The translations under genes and the position numbers were made by a program. A stretch of 64,000 bases of DNA from Candidatus Phycocordibacter aenigmaticus (GTDB lineage: Bacteria > Patescibacteriota > Minisyncoccia > Phycocordibacterales > Phycocordibacteraceae): assembly GCA_045401115.1 (NCBI GenBank), contig CP174359.1, forward strand, positions 50,117-114,116. Direction: 5' to 3'. The notes under the pieces are model-generated. The model saw only the letters and a program-made list of their open reading frames with translations, was not told the origin of the DNA and ran no database searches. This document shows positions 60,376 to 64,000 of the stretch, piece after piece (position 1 is the first letter of the stretch; every line of letters starts with the position of its first letter).

Positions 60376-60741
60376 CTAACGAGTAGTAGCGCAGCGCTTC
60401 CACACATTAACCCAAGTATCACATGCTTCTTTTTTCCTGCTATTAGCTTTATACAACATAAAGCTCACCAGCCCGGTTACCAGCACCCCGGCGAGTGCCG
60501 CCTCTTCCCATAACGATTCAAATTCATGAAAAGGGATACGGTCTTCTGGCGCACCTGCACCGAAGGCTGCTTGTGTTGTAGCGCCTGTAGTGAAAAGGAT
60601 CGTGGACACGAGAGCGATTCTTCTTGCAAAACGTAATTGATTTACCTGTTTTCTGCACTTTTGATAACTCTCAAGAGTAGATTCAGAAGTAGTCATAGCT
60701 ATTACCCACCATACCCCAACCAGCCAAAGCGTTATCCACAT
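60376..60741 (-). CDS. Hypothetical membrane protein
   Basis: 121 aa with N- and C-terminal TM helices. Confidence 0.35.
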   Translation of the reverse strand: MWITLWLVGVWWVIAMTTSESTLESYQKCRKQVNQLRFARRIALVSTILFTTGATTQAAFGAGAPEDRIPFHEFESLWEEAALAGVLVTGLVSFMLYKANSRKKEACDTWVNVWKRCATTR

Positions 60742-60776
60742 TCTAAAAAACCCTCAATTTTTGAGGGTTTTCAAAC

Positions 60777-60832
60777 GTGTTTATTGAAATGAGATGGTAT
60801 GCGAGACATCAAGGAGCGAGTGTGTGAGCCGT
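60777..60832 (+). repeat. Direct repeat of about 56 bp (copy 1; copy 2 at 61039-61094) containing a ttgaaa box, gagatgg and an ATG start
   Basis: gtgtttattgaaatgagatggtatgc[g/a]agacatcaaggagcgag[t/a]gtgtgagccgt, with 54 of 56 positions identical. Confidence 0.6.
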
Positions 60833-61023
60833 CGTCCTCATCCCAAGGAGTGCAGACAATCGATGCAGTACCAGGCGTTAAGGAGTGCTCATTCGAGACG
60901 TACCACAAACGCAACTATTCAGAATTGATGCAGTACGAGGCACTGAGGAACGAAAATCCGAGGCGTACTTCATACAGTACGACGAGATTAGAAAAACCCA
61001 AGAGAGAGCCCTCGGGTTTTTAA
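60799..61023 (+). CDS. Hypothetical 74-aa protein whose 5' end lies in the 56-bp direct repeat (second, truncated 12-codon copy at 61061-61099)
   Basis: MRDIKERVCEPSS... The second repeat copy encodes MQDIKERECEPYF-stop. Confidence 0.3.
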   Translation: MRDIKERVCEPSSSSQGVQTIDAVPGVKECSFETYHKRNYSELMQYEALRNENPRRTSYSTTRLEKPKREPSGF

Positions 61024-61166
61024 TCAATACAACGCTCTGTGTTTATTGAAATGAGATGGTATGCAAGACATCAAGGAGCGAGAGTGTGAGCCGTACTTCT
61101 AGATACGGTGAGCAGTCGCGCGACGCAGATAACGAAGCAGAGCGCTCATTTCAGTGAACACTACTC

Positions 61167-61346
61167 TTATTTGACGATGTACGGGATAAGTCCCATAAAC
61201 CGCGCCCTTTTAATAGCATTCTCAATATCTCGCTGATGAGGCGTCGGCACGTGAGTGCGCTTCTTTGCAATAATACGTCCGTAAGGGTTCGTAAACTCCT
61301 TCAGGTACGCGGTATTTTTATAGTCAACGTATTTAGGTGTATTCAT
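61167..61346 (-). CDS. rpsR: Ribosomal protein S18 (59 aa; below the ORF-track cutoff)
   Basis: The minus-strand translation is MNTPKYVDYKNTAYLKEFTNPYGRIIAKKRTHVPTPHQRDIENAIKRARFMGLIPYIVK, which matches the S18 core. Confidence 0.8.
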   Translation of the reverse strand: MNTPKYVDYKNTAYLKEFTNPYGRIIAKKRTHVPTPHQRDIENAIKRARFMGLIPYIVK

Positions 61347-61404
61347 AACTGTGTAGGGATTCTATCTTTTTGCCTATACTCTGTCAAATGCCCGTCCTCG
61401 TTGT

Positions 61405-61725
61405 TTAATTATAAATCCACGAACGGTGCGCCCGCCGACGGCGATGCTCAGCAAAACCAGCAACCGCCAAAAGTGCCGAAACAACTACTGCGCCACCGAC
61501 CAACAGGACATCGTCACTATATTCCCAAAAACTCGACTCCTGTTCCTCTCCGGTTGCTGACGCAACAGCTCCTCCAAGCATACTGGAAACCGTAAAAACG
61601 GCGCCGGCAGCTTTTAATGTTTTATTACGAAGACGTGTATAGCGAGGGCCCCACAAAAAAGGACAATCATCAGTGTAACCCGGGGGATGAGCGCCAAGCG
61701 TATGTTTTTCTTGAGGGAAATTCAT
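61405..61725 (-). CDS. Hypothetical membrane protein inserted between ssb and rpsR
   Basis: 106 aa with two TM helices (AAGAVFTVSSMLGGAVA; LLVGGAVVVSALLAVAGFA). Confidence 0.4.
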   Translation of the reverse strand: MNFPQEKHTLGAHPPGYTDDCPFLWGPRYTRLRNKTLKAAGAVFTVSSMLGGAVASATGEEQESSFWEYSDDVLLVGGAVVVSALLAVAGFAEHRRRRAHRSWIYN

Positions 61726-61756
61726 ACGCTCGGATATATCATACTGTTTATTTTAA

Positions 61757-62200
61757 TTAGAAAGGAATATCGTCTGGGCTAATCTCTTCGGTAGGATATT
61801 CAATATCATTTGTGTCAGAACTTCCCTCCTGTCCCGGCTGGTCACCACCACGTGTCTCTTGAGTATCACCGGTACCCGATCGTGCACCAAACTGAACACG
61901 GTCCGCCACAATCTCAGTGCGGTACTGTTTCTGCCCATCTTTATCCCACGAACGCGTTTGGATACGACCTTCAATCAAGACCCCGCTTCCTTTTTTAAGG
62001 TATTGTGCCGTGGTTTCTGCCTGACGTCCAAACACGACAATATTATGAAATTCAGTTGCTTCTTGTTTTTGACGGTCCTGGTTATACCACACACGATTGG
62101 TTGCTACACCGAATGTTGCTACATTAGCCCCTGAAGGCAGTGCGCGAAGTTCCGGGTCACGTGTGAGGTTCCCCGCAATAAATGCTTTATTAAGATACAT
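61757..62200 (-). CDS. ssb: Single-stranded DNA-binding protein
   Basis: OB-fold signature (AFIAGNLTRDPELR; IVVFGRQAE) and an acidic C-terminal tail ending DDIPF. Confidence 0.85.
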   Translation of the reverse strand: MYLNKAFIAGNLTRDPELRALPSGANVATFGVATNRVWYNQDRQKQEATEFHNIVVFGRQAETTAQYLKKGSGVLIEGRIQTRSWDKDGQKQYRTEIVADRVQFGARSGTGDTQETRGGDQPGQEGSSDTNDIEYPTEEISPDDIPF

Positions 62201-62302
62201 ATACTGCCATTATAACCCCCTCATCAACTACCGCAAACACTGGTTATCCAACAAAAAACACGCCCGAAAGCGTGTTTTTGCACATTGAGTATAGGTTGGT
62301 GC

Positions 62303-62854
62303 TTATGCTTTCTCCTCGTCAGAAGAAGTATCGCCTGATTCATCAACCTCATCTGCTTCCATATCGTCTTCAGCAGCAATCGGCTGCACCGCACCAGCGT
62401 CAGTGCGCACATCAGCCAACGCGCCTTCTACCATGTCGCGTGTTGTTTTTATAATCATATAGCGCAACACATTCTTGTTCGCCTTCATTGCTTCATCAAG
62501 CGCAGCAAGGGTGCCGGGTGTTGTTTCAAACGCAATCCATCCAAAATATGCGGTATCAAAACTACGACGCTTACCTTCTATTTTTTTATCAATAGTGTAG
62601 GCAAGGTCAAAAAGATTTGGTTCACGCTCACCCACTATCTCAGCGGCAACTGCCTTCACTGCGTCTCGCACTGTGTTCGTTTCAGCGTCAACTTCCTCAG
62701 AAGGAATAGTTGAGAGTAAATGATAACCAAGCTCGTAAAGCTGTTGTACATCATTTTCTCCCTCAGCAGCAACCAAGTCCGATAGATCGGTAAATTCCTC
62801 GGTTTCAGCCTGTGTATTATTATCTTTTGTTTCCATGTCCATAGAAGTTACCAC
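62303..62854 (-). CDS. rpsF: Ribosomal protein S6 with acidic N- and C-terminal extensions
   Basis: S6 core (QLYELGYHLLSTIPSEE...NLFDLAYTIDK...FGWIAFE...RYMIIKT) and rpsF-ssb-rpsR synteny. Confidence 0.65.
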   Translation of the reverse strand: MVTSMDMETKDNNTQAETEEFTDLSDLVAAEGENDVQQLYELGYHLLSTIPSEEVDAETNTVRDAVKAVAAEIVGEREPNLFDLAYTIDKKIEGKRRSFDTAYFGWIAFETTPGTLAALDEAMKANKNVLRYMIIKTTRDMVEGALADVRTDAGAVQPIAAEDDMEADEVDESGDTSSDEEKA

Positions 62855-62873
62855 AAAGCGGCGTTCCAGGCAA

Positions 62874-63809
62874 TCAGTTCAGCAACGACACTACCCCAAA
62901 CACCCGCTGGGCATTCTCGCGCACCGCGCTCTGTACCTCCTCCTCAGAAATGCCCCGAATACGCGCTAAAGCTCCCACAACATGTTGTACATAGGCTGGT
63001 TCGTTACGCTCTCCCCGGTGCGGCTTCGGCGCCGCGTACGGCGCATCTGTTTCAGTCAAGAGCATATCAAGCGGTGCTTCGCGCACTACCTCGTCGTAGT
63101 CCTCAGTAAAGGTCAGTACGCCCGTAAACGACGTCGTCATACCCAGCGCCCAGAAACGTCGCGCCACCGCCAGATTCCCCACAAAAAAGTGCATATTCCC
63201 CTTCACCACTCCAATGTGCGGACGTCGGACGTCCGCACTATTCGCGCCCGCCATATCCACCTCACCCTCCTGGTCAACACCTGGGTGTTGACCATTCCCT
63301 AAAGATTCAAAATAATCAGCCGCTTCCTCATACGCATCCATAGATCCTTTTGATGGTCGGCAGTGCACCATCAGTGGCATGTCGTACTCTTGCGCCAATG
63401 CTGTCTGTGCTTTAAACACCTCCCACTGCGTCTCTTTCCACCCCTCTCCGCTTTCCTCGCCGGGTGCTGTCGTCGATTGTCTGAAAAAATCAAGTCCACA
63501 CTCACCCACACCGACCACGCGTGGCTCATTTAACAGCGCCGCAAACGCGTCTCTATCAAATACTTCTTTCTGCGTATAGTTTGGATGCAACCCCACACAC
63601 GCCCACAGGTTGTCATGCTTCTGCGCGAGGCGTACCGCCTCGCGCGAACTCTCCAGGTCAACGCCCACCACAATCCCCGCTACACCTCCCTCACGCATCC
63701 GCGCAATTACGGCGTCTTGGTCCTCTTTTAAACCATCCAAATTCGGGTGGCAGTGCACGTCAATATATCTCAGCACATCATTCATAACGCTACTGTAGCA
63801 CAACAGCAC
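62874..63809 (-). CDS. tatD: TatD-family metal-dependent DNase/hydrolase
   Basis: YIDVHCHP, GLHP, GECGLD and FTGVLTF motifs. The likely start is the internal MNDVLRY. Carries the GCGGACGTC-N-GACGTCCGC palindrome in-frame. Confidence 0.8.
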   Translation of the reverse strand: MLLCYSSVMNDVLRYIDVHCHPNLDGLKEDQDAVIARMREGGVAGIVVGVDLESSREAVRLAQKHDNLWACVGLHPNYTQKEVFDRDAFAALLNEPRVVGVGECGLDFFRQSTTAPGEESGEGWKETQWEVFKAQTALAQEYDMPLMVHCRPSKGSMDAYEEAADYFESLGNGQHPGVDQEGEVDMAGANSADVRRPHIGVVKGNMHFFVGNLAVARRFWALGMTTSFTGVLTFTEDYDEVVREAPLDMLLTETDAPYAAPKPHRGERNEPAYVQHVVGALARIRGISEEEVQSAVRENAQRVFGVVSLLN

Positions 63810-63830
63810 CTTCGCGCTTATAAAAAATAG

Positions 63831-64000
63831 TTATGTATCCAAACGCGGAAAGAGTGCCTCCGGCATGCGGTTCTCCGTCACCGCCTCTTTTATCTTTATG
63901 GTCGTCTCAGGCATAAAGGGCTCAAGTAAGTGCGCAATACCCATAAGCTCGGTAACCAAATACTTGATATCTTCTTTAGCAGTGTCGGGGTCAGTCTTAA
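63831..64000 (-). CDS. Partial (3' portion in window) class I aminoacyl-tRNA synthetase C-terminus, MetRS-like
   Basis: The minus-strand frame reads ...KTDPDTAKEDIKYLVTELMGIAHLLEPFMPETTIKIKEAVTENRMPEALFPRLDT-stop; LLxPFMPET is typical of the MetRS/class I anticodon-binding domain. Confidence 0.45.
   Translation of the reverse strand, partial: KTDPDTAKEDIKYLVTELMGIAHLLEPFMPETTIKIKEAVTENRMPEALFPRLDT

Overview
This 64-kb window looks like part of a small, gene-dense genome of a Candidate Phyla Radiation (Parcubacteria-like) bacterium, judged from the compact 16S, the many small membrane proteins, the giant surface proteins and an intron in the 23S gene. Almost all genes are on the minus strand. 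The housekeeping backbone comprises rsmI-murC-murI-murD, the pyrH gene (UMP kinase), secD-secF-folD, rplJ-rplL, ftsK-recA, efp and rpsF-ssb-rpsR, followed by tatD and a partial C-terminal aminoacyl-tRNA synthetase ORF (metG-like by motif) at the window end; it also carries a polysaccharide gene pair (a WbaP-like sugar transferase and a GT4 glycosyltransferase) and an ECF sigma/anti-sigma pair. The rRNA genes are unlinked. The 16S (about 11670-13127, minus strand) is separated by about 10.8 kb of protein genes from the 23S-5S (about 23743-27226, minus strand). A lone tRNA-Ile(GAT) lies about 3 kb downstream of the 16S, past three protein genes. The 23S carries an ORF-less insertion of about 306 nt exactly at E. 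coli position 2593, the classic I-CreI site, most simply explained as a group I intron. The accessory part of the window (about 30-53 kb) is the most unusual. It contains three giant secreted or surface proteins. Two are paralogues of about 1500 aa that combine FlgD-Ig-like domains, a right-handed beta-helix and an LCAT-like (PYDWR) alpha/beta-hydrolase lipase domain; one of them carries Ser to Gly in the nucleophile elbow. Next to them are dgkA, a polytopic membrane protein, a PIF1-like helicase, and an IS200/RAYT-type HUH tyrosine transposase with GTAG-initiated palindromic REP/BIME-like elements that recur at several intergenic sites. Further repeat families occur: a conserved-stem AAACGGCTCA...TGAGCCGTTT hairpin at six sites and a 23-33-bp GCGGACGTC-N-GACGTCCGC palindrome at three sites, two of them inside CDSs. 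No CRISPR array was seen.
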